Below are positions 37,442-52,277 of a stretch of DNA of 64,000 bases, piece by piece. Made by a program: the position numbers and the translations under genes. The notes below the pieces were generated by a model that worked only from the letters and a program-made list of their open reading frames with translations, was not told the origin of the DNA and made no database searches. The first letter of the stretch is position 1. The number at the start of each line of letters is the position of its first letter. Source of the stretch: Syncephalis fuscata S228. Its lineage: Eukaryota; Fungi; Zoopagomycota. The stretch lies in NCBI GenBank assembly GCA_025786725.1, contig JAHLTZ010000015.1, forward strand, positions 186,001-250,000, read 5' to 3'.

Positions 37442-40400
37442 TTAAGATTGACTCAACAGTGTAATTAGGCTATTTAAACGACTTAATATAGCACTAATCA
37501 CCGCAGTTGCCGAATGGGATATGCCCAGGTCGATGATCCTTGTGTAATAAACAATTTTTACTCGTTCCTCGAGTTCCGGTAATAGTCGACGACAGTGGTC
37601 TTTTATAATTGGATCCTGGTTAAATAGCTGGATTAGTGATTGTAAAAGAGTAATTATAGCGAGTATTTACCTTTACATTAAGATGATTGAGTGCACTCTG
37701 AATCCATAGAATCTGTTGTTGATGTTGCGATGAATGTTGAATGTCCAATCCTATTTGGTGTAATAGTGCTAGTACGATTGGTTGAGATAATGTCGTTGGC
37801 TGGTGAGCGGGAAAGACGGCAGCTGGATTTAATCGTTGCATTAGTAATTCTAACATGGCAGGTTGTTTAGATTCCAATGTCTATTGTGTATTCATTACAT
37901 GTTAATAGTTATATGTTAGCTGGATTCGTTATATACTGCACTATTAATTACCTTTACAATGGCTTCCTCGAAATTATTTGCTGCAATGGCCGCTTCAACT
38001 CCGCCCAAGTAGACATCGTTGGTGAGGGGGGACGTGTAATGAGAGGGTGGATTGGTGGGAGTGGCTCGATTGGTCATTAAAGTTTGTTTTAAATCATTGG
38101 TCATAGCTTGTGTCTACACAAATATTTATGTTGATTGTAAAGCAATGAGTATGGCTAGTATATGTGCTATTAATTACTACTTACTCTATTTACAGTATGA
38201 GGTTCCATAGTGGTGTTATTGCTGTGATTGCTGTTGTGAGAAGTGATCGGTGGAGTGTAGTGAGGAGTATGATGCACTGAAGCTAATTACATATAAATAT
38301 AAATATAAATATAAATACAGATGTGTAAGTAACTATTAAAGGTAATACGCCATGATACTTACGTCGACGAGAGTCAATAGGAGGAGCTGATCTTATAGAA
38401 TCCATTGACTGTTGCCATACAGGTAACATAATATCGCGAATACATGTTTGCATCGTATGTTCTATGACTGGCCGTATTGCAGCTGATGTCGCCTGTTGAA
38501 TTGGCTCTTTAATTGCATTTGCCGATAGTGCTTGTTGTACTTGTTCGGCAACTGTACCATTGATGAGTGTAGTTACCGACTATATTTAATCATTAGTAAA
38601 TATACGACATTTATAATAGCTAGTAACCAATTTACCTGTTCCATTGTATTGGCCATAGAGCGCTCCAAAGCAGGTAGAATACGCTCGCTCATTTCTGCTT
38701 GAATAGTATCTACGACCATATGAGCTAGCGTGTCGTGTAATGTATGGGCCAGATCCGATAATAAAGCTTCAAAGTGTGAAATTTCTGTTGCTAATTGAAC
38801 CTGACGTTCTCGCTCCCATCGTTCCTCTAATTAATGGCTAGAATTAGTACTGAATTCAAATAACATTGATATAACTTACCTCGTTTAGTTAGCTCTTTGT
38901 TAAGTAATTTGCCTACACGAGAAACAACATTATCTTCAAACGAGCGTAGTTGTGCCATTGTTACTGATGCTGCTTCCGCTTCAGATGCCTCAGAACGTGG
39001 CTTAAGTAGCGGTGATCGGAAGGCAGGATGATCACGTATCATCATGTTGCTTTCCATAAGCTTTCCAGCAGCCTTTCCTAACCCAGCATGTGGAAGGCTA
39101 TTACTAGGCGATGATACTGACTTGACACTGCCGCCATTGGCACTTTTTGGTCCTTTTCCTTTACCATGCGAATCTATCGATATGCTACGTGTAGGCTCAA
39201 TTGCTGTCCGACGTGAATTAGCATCGTGATAACGGTTGCTTGTATCGCTACCTCCTGCCTCGTTATATGGAGCTAGTTCGGGTGAACGAGCATCATTTAT
39301 TGCTGAAGTAGCAGGTGCCATATCGGTTGCGCCAGAAGATGATGCTTGCGTTAAAAGCGAGTGTAATAATTCGGCTTCAGTAAGCTGGGTTGCTACTTTA
39401 CTACGATCAAAAATCATTGATGATGTATCTTCGTATAGTTCACCGGCTACTTGGCAACGTTCCCAGCGACGTGGCAATACTGTATGGAAAGGGACGTGGA
39501 ATTGCTGGACTGCACCCGTTTGAATGCAACACAGTGCAAATGTATCGGCTTCTTCAGTACAATCAGGCGCCACTGCCAATGAAACGATAGGATATTCAAG
39601 AGGAAATTCGATCAAATATACAAATTGCGGTGAATCATCCAAACGTACATGGGCACAGTAAAGTGATTCGCGATAACTGTTGCCTAGAGCAAGTGTTTTG
39701 GTCGATGCATCGTAGTTAATGACATTAAAAAAGTTGGCATGATTGCTAGGATCATTCGATACGAATTCCAGCTGTTGTATGCAATGACTGCCATCATGAT
39801 TTAGTAGACGGACAAGCCTATTCTCGTCGGTAGCTACAAGAATACAACGAAGTGCATCGCTAATCTGTCCATCAACCACATTCTCTACAAACTTGGCCGT
39901 AGTTACTGGACGGCCGTCGCATGGTGTAAATACACCCACACAGCTGCCTTCCGTGTCTGATACATGCCATAGTCGTACTGTGCCATCTTCGCTAGCTGTG
40001 ATAATCTCACTGCCATCAGCTGAGAAGCAAAGATCGATAATAGGCTAGATTATTACTTGTTAGCATTTGGTACAGGTTAATTGATCCTATATTACCTTGG
40101 TATGCCCTTTGAGTTGAATGGCGCCTACATTACGTTCACCTTCAATGACATGGGCATCGTCTTTACCGGCCAGCATTACTCGAAGGTTAAATACAAGTAA
40201 ATGTCCACGATCGGCAGCACAAGCAAGAATGTCCGGATTTGAGGGATGCCAAATGGCTCGTCTAAAGCGTGGTTCATTAATATTGGCTGGTGCACCGTCA
40301 AGTTCTAGAATTATACGTGAACTAGTACGTATCAATTAGTAATTATCGTTAGATTAATGCTGGTTCAACCTACGGTATTTCACTATCTCGCTTTGTTGGC

Positions 40401-41743
40401 TGCGGTTCTGAGAACTGCCAGACGCATAGTCGATGGTCGATGCCTACAGTTACAAGTCGTTGTGGATCAGTGCCACCTTGTAGTGCATTAAAAAAGGCCA
40501 AGTCCAGGATTGTATGCTCATGACCGGCAATAAGAGCGCGTGTTCCAAATAGCTGGTGAATAACTCGAAATTTGCCTCCTTTAGTTGCATAGGCAATGAG
40601 CGTTTTAGTTGCGGCAATTGTATTGCCTACATAGAATTTTGGTTCAGTAGGCATAAGTGTAATAGTAGTGACCTCAAGATCTTGAGTAGCCATCATCGCT
40701 AGATTATCTGTCGTTACGTCAATGCATGTGTCGCCACTTGGTAAACGAACACCATTAGGTACACCCTTGGCAAAGTTCTTTTCATTCTGTTCGCGTGTCC
40801 AACGCGCTGTATGCTCTGGTGAATCGTGCAGTGGACCAACCATCATAGGCGAATGATGTCGCTGGACTTGCTGGTCATCGTCGGTAGTAAGTGACAAATT
40901 GGCAGCAGCTGGTGAAAACATAGCTGGAGAAGCGCCATAGCCTGATTGCACTGAAGGTTCAGAGCAAGCATTGTTTGGATCTGGTGTACTTTGTGCCGTA
41001 GCACTTGTATTCGATAAAGATCGCTTTGCTTTAGGCAAAAGATCGAATGGATTAACGTAGGTAAACATCGTTGTTGGTGCTGCTTTTGTAGTCTCGGCAG
41101 CCGTCGTTAAGCTTGTCTCTTGCATCATGGTCGTCGTTATGATCGCTGGCGTTGTAGATGTTGTTGCTGATGTCGATAATGCAGATTGGCTGCCGATACT
41201 TAATGATCTTTCAAGCTGTTCGGCTGTTGTGGGTGTCGCTGGTTCTATTGCCATCTCGGGAGAAATTAATTGGAATGATCTATCCAAGACTGCGGTTGTT
41301 CTACACAGCAATATACACATATTTAATTAGTAAACTGATTTGTACTATTTCTTTTATGACGTCACCCACCTGCTATCGGTACTTTGCGACTTGGTGGTTA
41401 TATGCACTTCCGTGTCATTGGTGCTATTAATGCCATCTAGACCAAGTCCACCAAATAAAACGCTTTTTAACTCGGCCGTTGACGCCTCGTTGACTCTGGC
41501 CTCCGTAGACGCGTTTGCCACTTCGTTGGCTGGCAATTCAGTGCCATCTTCAACCGTAGATTGTCCAGTGCTTATGGATTGTTGTAGCACATTAAGAAGC
41601 GATGCTGCATGGATAGCACCATCTGACACTGCCGTATACGAGCTAGTATTAGTCGAGACTTCATTTTTTGGTGTGCCACGTAGTAGATCTAGTAACGAAA
41701 CAGATGACGCTGTTGGTTGTCCTGCTGGTGCGTTAGGATCCAT
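37442..41743 (-). CDS. Enhancer of mRNA decapping 4-like (EDC4/Ge-1/Pdc1) WD40 scaffold
   Basis: N-terminal WD40 region (GNTIAA..IAYATKGGKFRVIHQ..GHEHTILDLAF..WHPS..SEDGTVRLW) and C-terminal LSQPIVLALLHQIG..WIQSAL..DP. Confidence 0.8.
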
Positions 41744-42428
41744 TTTACTTTATAAATCGTCTGGATAGTGATGTTAACGACGATAGTAGAAAAAAGTGAA
41801 TAATGAAAGAGAGAGAGAAAGAGAGAAAGAGAGAGTTAAAGAGAGAAGGAAGGATACTGTATGCGCACAAGTAGGTACAGATCTCGTTGTTACTCTTACT
41901 GAGAGAGTATTCAAAGAGAAGGTTACAGGTAGACAATGACGAGAACTGTTATTGCAACTACAATTACGATTACAACAACTACTGTGGATGTGCTACTGTT
42001 ACTATTGTTGCTATTGCTACTACGACCACGACTACAACAACAATACTAGAAATGTAAAGGGAGAAAAGGATTGATGATGACATCAAATTGAACCATCCAC
42101 CAATGATTTATTTAAAACTAATCTTTGGTAATAGATTGTAGTATTTTAAAGGTCGGTATGCAATATTAAATCATTATTCTCAGTTGATAGCATAATCTAC
42201 GGAATAGCTGATATGTTTCTACGTTGAATGCTTACTTGCTGGTTAATAACCAGTCAATAAATGATTGGCTAATATAAATAAATATAATGTTGAAATAAAA
42301 GAAAATATGACTTTTTACTTTTATTATTGTTTGATTCCTGCGACACTCTCGTAAATAGTCTGTTTCTTACTATTTGCACCTGTTGTAGCCACAAAGTGCT
42401 ATCTAGTAACGCGTAGATCTTTATTGTT

Positions 42429-44506
<2,078 letters not shown>

Positions 44507-44833
44507 ATATTCAATTCTTTAACACTATGACTCATCATAGGTAGATAGTTTCATTTCTATGTGGTGCGTGAACTGATATATCAAAAGTTAAATGGAATAA
44601 ACCACTGTAGCTTATGTTACAAAGATGACATTATACACATACAAATATACTATGGCTATAAAAATTATTCCATAATATATAACACCGTTCTAGAGACATT
44701 ACACTATAATAGATTTATTACCCTATATGTATATATCATCTATTGTAAACACTACCACTATTTATATGATTCTACTTTATACTAGGCACGTTATATTTAT
44801 TATATGCCTTAATTTACTTTATTTATTTCACTA

Positions 44834-47800
44834 TTATGTTAATGGCAATATGATATCACTCTGATTATGTGATGGTAGTGATTTAGACATTATTCATGGC
44901 ACAGCTGCAAATAAATACAATCAATTATATTGTCAACACTTATAGACATAATGTTATATATTGAGTTGTTACTTGAATGGGAATATTACTAAACTTACGA
45001 TGATGCATGCTGGCGACAAGAAAACATATTTATGTGTGTCTGTTTTCAATATTTTTATTTGGCTGAGATTTGCTATTTGTTAAATATAAATCATAAATAA
45101 TAATTAGACATAGCAATTTGATTACATATAATAAAATAAAGCCATGTGTTTATTACTTCAAATTTGCATAGCTGAATAGACATAGATGAATGCAAGTTTG
45201 CTAGTAATACAATAGGATCAATGGCTAAATATGAATAAACCAAGCATTGGTTGGGACTTGCGATATAAATAGACTGAACGGCAGTTGTCAAATGGTCTTG
45301 TCTTTTACCGAACATATACCTAAAGTGCATTGAACTAGCAAATGTAGTTGTAATACCAATGCTGATGTCTTGAAAGTGCCGGTTATTCTATGTTCATAAA
45401 TGTACATATTATGTTATATAATTAGCGTATAGCAAATTATGTGCAATATTACTTACTTTCTATTAGTATAAATTATTAAACATGCACAGTGCATGACATA
45501 TATTGAATAAATAGTCAAGTATTTCACAATGCCACTTACCAGCTATTAACACAAATTGTTAAATATAAAATACATATAGCATATGCTTAGAAAATACTTG
45601 ATTAATGCTCATTCTACTTACCAACTATTAACACAGATATTGAACACACAATACATGGCATATGTTTAATAACTAGTTAATTAATATACAATATTACCTA
45701 CTAATTAGTAGTATAAATTATCAACACATACATTGCATGAAATATGTTTAAAAAATAGTTGGTTAATGTATAATGTTACTTACTATCTATTAACGCAAAT
45801 TATTAAGCACACCAAGCATGGCATATGTTTAATGAATGGCTAGTTAATACACAATGTTACGTACACTCTATTCACATTATTAGTAAACACGCACAGTGCA
45901 TATTATATGTTTAGCATATTGTTAACCAATATACAATGCCACTTACTCCCTATTAATGCAAGTCATTAAACAGACACAGTGTATGGCATATGTTTAGTGC
46001 ACATTTAATTGATATACAATCCGACTTACATCCTGTTAGTACAAGTACATTAAATAGGCAGTGTATATCATGTTTTAGTGCATATGCAATTAATATACAA
46101 TGCCACTTACTCGCTATTGATGCAGAGTATTAGTTAGACACAGCATATATTGGATGGTTAGCGTATTTCGACTGCTATACAATGGCACTTACATGCTATC
46201 AATAGAATTATCAGTTACACACAGTACATGGCATATATTTAGTGTGTATTCATTTAATCTACAATCCTACTTACCTTCTATTAATACAAGTCATTAAACA
46301 CGTACAGTGTGTGCTATAACTTAGCCTTTAATTAATTAATATACGCCGCTAATTACCTTCTATTAACATACATTGTTGAGCACATACAATGAATGGCATA
46401 TGATTAGTAAATAGTCGATTGATATAAAATGGCACTTACTAGATATAGTACAAATTGTTCAAACCACACAATACACAATACATAATTAATATGTAGCTAA
46501 TTTAGTTAAAATGCCACTTACCCTCTATTAATACAAGTTGTTAAACATCCACGGTGCATTTCGTATGTTTAATATGAATTTAGTTAATATACAGCATTAC
46601 TTACCACCTAATAAAATCAAATTAATAGCAAAAGTATATTTAGTTGGCTAAATAAATAAATATTATAATTGTAACATACGCCTATAAACCCTATTTGGGC
46701 TGGCATCCACCATGGCTGTACTGGCTACAAAAGCCACAAGAATGGTGCAAACGACGGCAATAGAAAGCTTCATGGTGATATTGAATTGTTGAGACAAACA
46801 AGTAAATAGGCGATATAGCACGGCTAGTAGAAAGTAGATGATAGTGAGTGTTCGACGAGTAGAATGTGATGATAATGCCACTATTCAGTTGCATGTATTG
46901 TATGGACTATTTAAATACACGACTATGCTGGTATTTCAGCACGGTGTATGTATGAGCTATACCATTAATGTGCAATGTGAACCAATAACGGTGCATCCAC
47001 ATGGTAACTTCAGGCATATGTATACCAATATATCAATAATGTGCTAACATACAGCATAGTTTTGTTTTATTTTCTGGGCATTTATACATATGAAATGACA
47101 ATTTAATCAACTAACACACATGCGATAAAAATGCACCTATCAATGTGTATTATATTGTTACACAATTCGCCTATGCAATGTATACTAAATTTATTGGTTC
47201 TAGAAATAGCAACAATGCATTGCTATGCCTTTATTATTGCTTTCGCTGATAATATCAATCCTCAATATTTACAGGTATTCCAAACAGCGCACAACACCAA
47301 TGTGACAGGAACACTAGTGCATTAAACGTGTATTGCTTTACAGGTATCCATCGTTCTGTATAGAGCAGTTGTAATGTATAAAGCCATAAAGATATACTGA
47401 TTAGTTTTCATGCGTTTAATTTAGTATTGTAGATTGGCTATAAAATAAACAGCCTATATATAACGCCGTACTATCGGCCATTAATACAACTATATCGTTA
47501 ACAGCCAGCTGCTAAAATTAATTATTGGTTGTTGCATAATGACATTTTTTGATAATAAGATACTGGAGTTGTTTATTGCTTTCATCGCCTGTTTGAACAT
47601 AAAGTAGTCCAGTGACGCCGTACTACGCCATCAAACCAGGTCAGTCAGATATAGCCACTACGCGTGCTGTTTTTTATTGATACTACACAAATATTTGTTT
47701 TCATGCTAATTTCGGTATACAAGTAGCAGTTTAGTACTGCAATGCACCATACATACACTTCATATCACTGTAGTACTATCTGACAATAATCTAGCTGTAC

Positions 47801-48233
47801 GTAGTAATGTTGGCTGGCCGCTTTATAAATTGTGCAAGCTCTTTGCATGCATATCTATTACGCATCAGTTATTGTATCAGTGATTACAGCGTTTATTGTT
47901 TTGGATTTCATACTAAGTGTATATTGTTAATTGTAATCTGGAAATACAACCACTTTTCCCCTCTTGTTGTTAGTAATTTATTAGCACTAAAATGTAAAAT
48001 AACATAAAGCACTATGGCTAAGCAAGTGAAGAGTGTTGAAATATGTAATACATAAAATGGGTTTAGAATAACACGAAATGATACATAATAGTATAGGCAT
48101 ACATTGTTAATGATATAGGTGTACTGGATATCTATGTATACTGGATAATGAATCTACAATGATGAGTATTTTAATCATTGATATTACTCATTATCCAGTT
48201 CTATGTTCAATAGAAAGAATATGTAGTTTAGAT
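44834..48233 (-). repeat. Copy B of ~3.4-kb inverted segmental duplication
   Basis: Reverse complement of 2690-6153; lacks the ~70-nt intron-1 insertion found in copy A. Confidence 0.96.
45383..46773 (-). CDS. Secreted peptide precursor encoded by 3-nt microexons (copy B, in frame): MKLSIAVVCTILVAFVASTAMVDASPNRVYRREEEASRWKYIAEK
   Basis: Exon 1 spans 46773-46680 and ends in phase 1. Microexons GTG 46607, AGG 46524, (CTA 46442, acceptor AT), AAG 46359, AAG 46277, CAT 46195, CGA 46113, GAT 46032, GGA 45949, AGT 45867, ATA 45786, (TTA 45704, acceptor AA), TTG 45624, CTG 45542, AAA 45459; last exon AA-TAA at 45387-45383. Confidence 0.82.
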
Positions 48234-48617
48234 GTAACCATTTAACCACAAATCATAATAAACAGTTAATAGGTTGCATAATGATGTTAAATGACAAACA
48301 GTATGTTACATGATTAACGCTATACTAATTTTTGAATTAACTTTGAACAACTAATTGTAACTATAAATAATAGCTCTGGTACCAGTCACTTCTGACTATT
48401 GATTAGTTGGTAAATAGGTGATACTGATCTATTACATAACACTATTATTAAATGACAGCTATGAATAAAATGTGAAATAAAAAACTCGCTCAATTTATTT
48501 GTAATTGTATATATTTAAATGCAGTGTTCAATGATGATAAATGAAATGAAGGAAGTACATAATGATAACCATAGTAAGTAATGTGTAATGGTCGTAAGTG
48601 ACAAAAGTAGCCATTGT

Positions 48618-49145
48618 CTAAAACACTTGTCCACATTTACGACATTTTAGCTGTTTTGTAACGCAGACTGGGAAGATCCAGCCACATAACACAGCTAGAC
48701 AAAGTGAGCCATTTGTATATTCCTCGCGAACATAATGTTCTCCTGCATCTTTGGGACAACGACCGTATTGTTCTATTGGGAAGCGAGGTGTTCTGGCCTG
48801 CGCCATACGTTGATAGTCCTCGACCGTATATTGGCCGTTTGGACCACTAGGTTGAATGTTATAAGGATCTACGCTGCCCTGCGGTGGTGGTGGCACAACC
48901 GTCAAGTTTTTATCCTTAGCATCAGGCGTTGCGCCATAGTTTTTGTATTTAAAAGCATCGTTTGCATCGGGCATTGCAACCGGCGCCAATGGATAGCCAT
49001 TAGCATCGACCGGTGGCTTTTCATCACCGACCTGCGGCATTGCAACTGGATAAGGAGCAGTTGGCTGTTGTGGCGGCACAGCCGGATAAGTAAACGGTGG
49101 TGGTGGTGGAGGACCACCGTTAGAGGCACCAGGATAACCAGACAT
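48618..49145 (-). CDS. Proline-rich BRI3/LITAF-like membrane-associated protein
   Basis: Pro/Tyr-rich N-terminus, then CPKD..H..EEYT, a hydrophobic Cys-rich segment and KCRKCG. Confidence 0.7.
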   Translation of the reverse strand: MSGYPGASNGGPPPPPPFTYPAVPPQQPTAPYPVAMPQVGDEKPPVDANGYPLAPVAMPDANDAFKYKNYGATPDAKDKNLTVVPPPPQGSVDPYNIQPSGPNGQYTVEDYQRMAQARTPRFPIEQYGRCPKDAGEHYVREEYTNGSLCLAVLCGWIFPVCVTKQLKCRKCGQVF

Positions 49146-49583
49146 CACGAGAAAGAATCGAGAAAGAACGGTGGGTAAACAATGTTATTGTATAAATACT
49201 AAATAGTAATGGTTCAAACCGTCAAATACTGGTGTACTATATAGTGGTTGTAATAAAAAGAATAGCAAGTAAGAAGAGATGGCAAGTGAAAGAGAAGGAG
49301 AAACGGATAGTGTAGTCAATGAAACAACTTTTATATTAAAGCGGCACTTTAATGCCAAGATTGTCAAAGGACACCGACTTTTGACTATTTTACGGGAAAG
49401 TGAATATTCTATAGAAAACTTACTTTTTTCTTTTGTCATGCAGCTCATCAGTCATTGATCATTTTACAAGTAAGCATTTACCAAAAGACAACTTGCCACA
49501 TGACATAACCATTTATACATTTGTGATATTGCGCAATAGTGCCTAAACGAAAGCAGGCAGTTTCGTTTCACGACGTGAATGCT

Positions 49584-50281
49584 ATGGAAGAGGTAGAGGC
49601 ACAACAGCCAAGGAAGCGATCGCATAAATACTCGGCCAATAATACTTTTGCAGCAGCGACTCAGGTAACTCATGAGCAACAACAACAGCAACAGTCGTCA
49701 CCATCGTCACCACCATCGCCACCACCGGATCATTCTGTTGTAAATACAACTAATGTACATATAAAATCTGGTGGGCGTATACGTAACTACGCCGAGTATT
49801 GTTTGAAGTGGCTAAAGGTAATTAGCATTAATCTGTGGAATAACAAATAAGCCTTACTGTTTTACATATATACAAACTTATTAATCTGAACCTTAACCAT
49901 AATGTTTATTAATTAATTAAACCGATTTCTTGGCATTAGGATGATGGCGATCGAGCTGTTACACTTCTTGGACAAGCAGCATGTGTTACTAAGGCAGTTA
50001 CCGTAGCTGAACTTGTCAAACGACTAAGCCATGCTGACAACGGTAATACGAATACACTGCAGCCAACTTTAGCCCAACAAACAGAAATTGGACGTGCATC
50101 GTCTTTGCCATATAATAGCCTTGAAAGAGCCGATATGACAAAACTTGCTAATACATCAGTAGCACTGTCATCATCAGCATCTCAAATGGCTATGAACAAT
50201 AATAACCATAACACACGTAATCAGCCTGTCATACGTATTACTTTGACAAAGTTATCTTCAGTAATGACGGCGTCACCTTAA
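49584..50281 (+). CDS. Alba-domain (Rpp25-like) nucleic-acid-binding protein
   Basis: VHIKSGGRIRNYAEYCLKWLK|DDGDRAVTLLGQAACVTKAVTVAELVKR..QQTEI..PVIRITLTK; one intron. Confidence 0.75.
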
Positions 50282-52277
50282 GTAATACAGTGGTCTGACA
50301 ACGAATCAATGTCTTAAAAGATATACTTTTGATTCACTTTTGTTATCGGCACATATACATTACAACGTATACATCTATATAGTACGTCACAATGTTTTAT
50401 TGCCTTCTTTTTAGCTTGTAATGTGCACGTATACATAAGTGGGTACTAGCACAGTGTTGCATCTGTTTTTCCTTGTCAAATAAATACATAGTAAACTTTG
50501 TTATGACTCATTTGGATAGATTAATATACTTTCCCGATCCATTTCCTTTACATCGTCGATGGTATCTTGTGACTGTTAGGCGTGCGTATTGTGCCACATC
50601 AACATACAAGTTTGTCATAGATAATTATCGAAAGAAACGAGAGAAAAGAAAAGAAAGTATGTCTAATGGTCTATTTAGTTGCGTATAACGAATATATTAA
50701 CATTAGTGGCTATTAGTTCCAAAATGACTATTAAATAGCTAAAGATCACTTTTCATTTTCGCAGTTTTTAATAATTTTCTGACTTTAAGTGTATAGCAAC
50801 AATAGCTATGGTTCTTAATTACACACAAATAGTACGGACATAGCAATCGATATCAATTATTTATTTATTTTTTGTTTCTTTGTTTAATTGCTTATTTACT
50901 TGTTTGTCCATTGATCTATTGGCGTGTTGTATGTGTTTATAAGCGAGTGAGTGTACGTGTGTGCGTGTGTGTGTGTGTGGATATGATAATGGTAAAATCA
51001 AATTACAGCTTTCTATCTTTCTATTTGATAGTTTATCCAAGCGGACTTTGCCTCTTGTTCATTCACTTCGAGTTCTCTCTCTCTCGTTCTTTTCTTCACC
51101 TCACAGTTTATTTACATATCGCCAATTTCTTGTTGGTTATTGACGATAATTAGTCGGACCCGGGCACTGTACGCGTACATCCTAGTCAAGACATTGTGAT
51201 TCCTCTTCTGCAGCCTGCATTCGTGGCGTTACGCCTTGGTTGCCACAAGTTGCAGTGGTTATTTCCTGACGCATAACTTGTTTACATATTTGCATACATC
51301 GTGAATACCCAGTACACTTTTCTTTTTAGTAACGTTATACTTTTATCGCAGCATAAGGTAGGCTTAGCACCTGATGTGTCAATAGTAGCCATAGCGGGCT
51401 TATAAGCCAGTTATGACAATAATGAGCGCTGTGTGTGTATGTATGGGTGGGTGTGTATGTTTTTATGTGTCTATTTATGTATTATATGCGTATATGCACT
51501 GTATTGTGTGTGTGTGTGTGTAAGCAGTAGATGTATGAGCATATGGATGTGGATGTATTTGTGTGGGTACATACTATGTAGTTGTAGTTGATGGGTACTA
51601 AGTGGATGACAGTTCTATTATTGCTGTTTTCTTTCTTCTACTAATTCTACTTGTATTTGTTGATCTCATTATCAACATCATCACATCACCGCCACACTGC
51701 CACTGTCGCCACCAATCTGCACTCTCCAACTCTCACACTTTTGCCACTTTTTCACTTTCTCCCCCTTCACCTTGGTCGCTACCTTTCTAGCCACACCAAT
51801 TACTCACCAGCACCACTACCCTTGCACTTTTACTACCCATATCACTGATTGTTACTGGGCTAGCTGCAAATTGCATCACTGTAATCGCTGCTGTCCATCT
51901 TATTCTGATCTATTCGTATTATCCTCGAGCTTACCCTTTTATGGTTAACGGATAGATTGGCATAATCGTGCATGATCGGTTCTTTATTTTGTCCTTGACC
52001 CATTATTCTTTTACGTTCGCTCGGCTCCAAGTGTATACGTAAGTGTACATGCGATAGCTGGCGTGATTGCGTGAAGCAATAGCTAGAAGTTTGGCAGCGC
52101 ACACCGTTAGTATTGACGTGTATTTTGCCAGTAACCTGCACTGTTGCATGTTCCTTGTTTTGCTGAGTAAAAAGCATATGTACAACGCACGATTATTTTG
52201 TTTTATGCGTGATTGGGACAGTTTATGTTAGATCCTTTTCTACTTTACTTATATATTGTCATTTGTAGGTTAATAGT

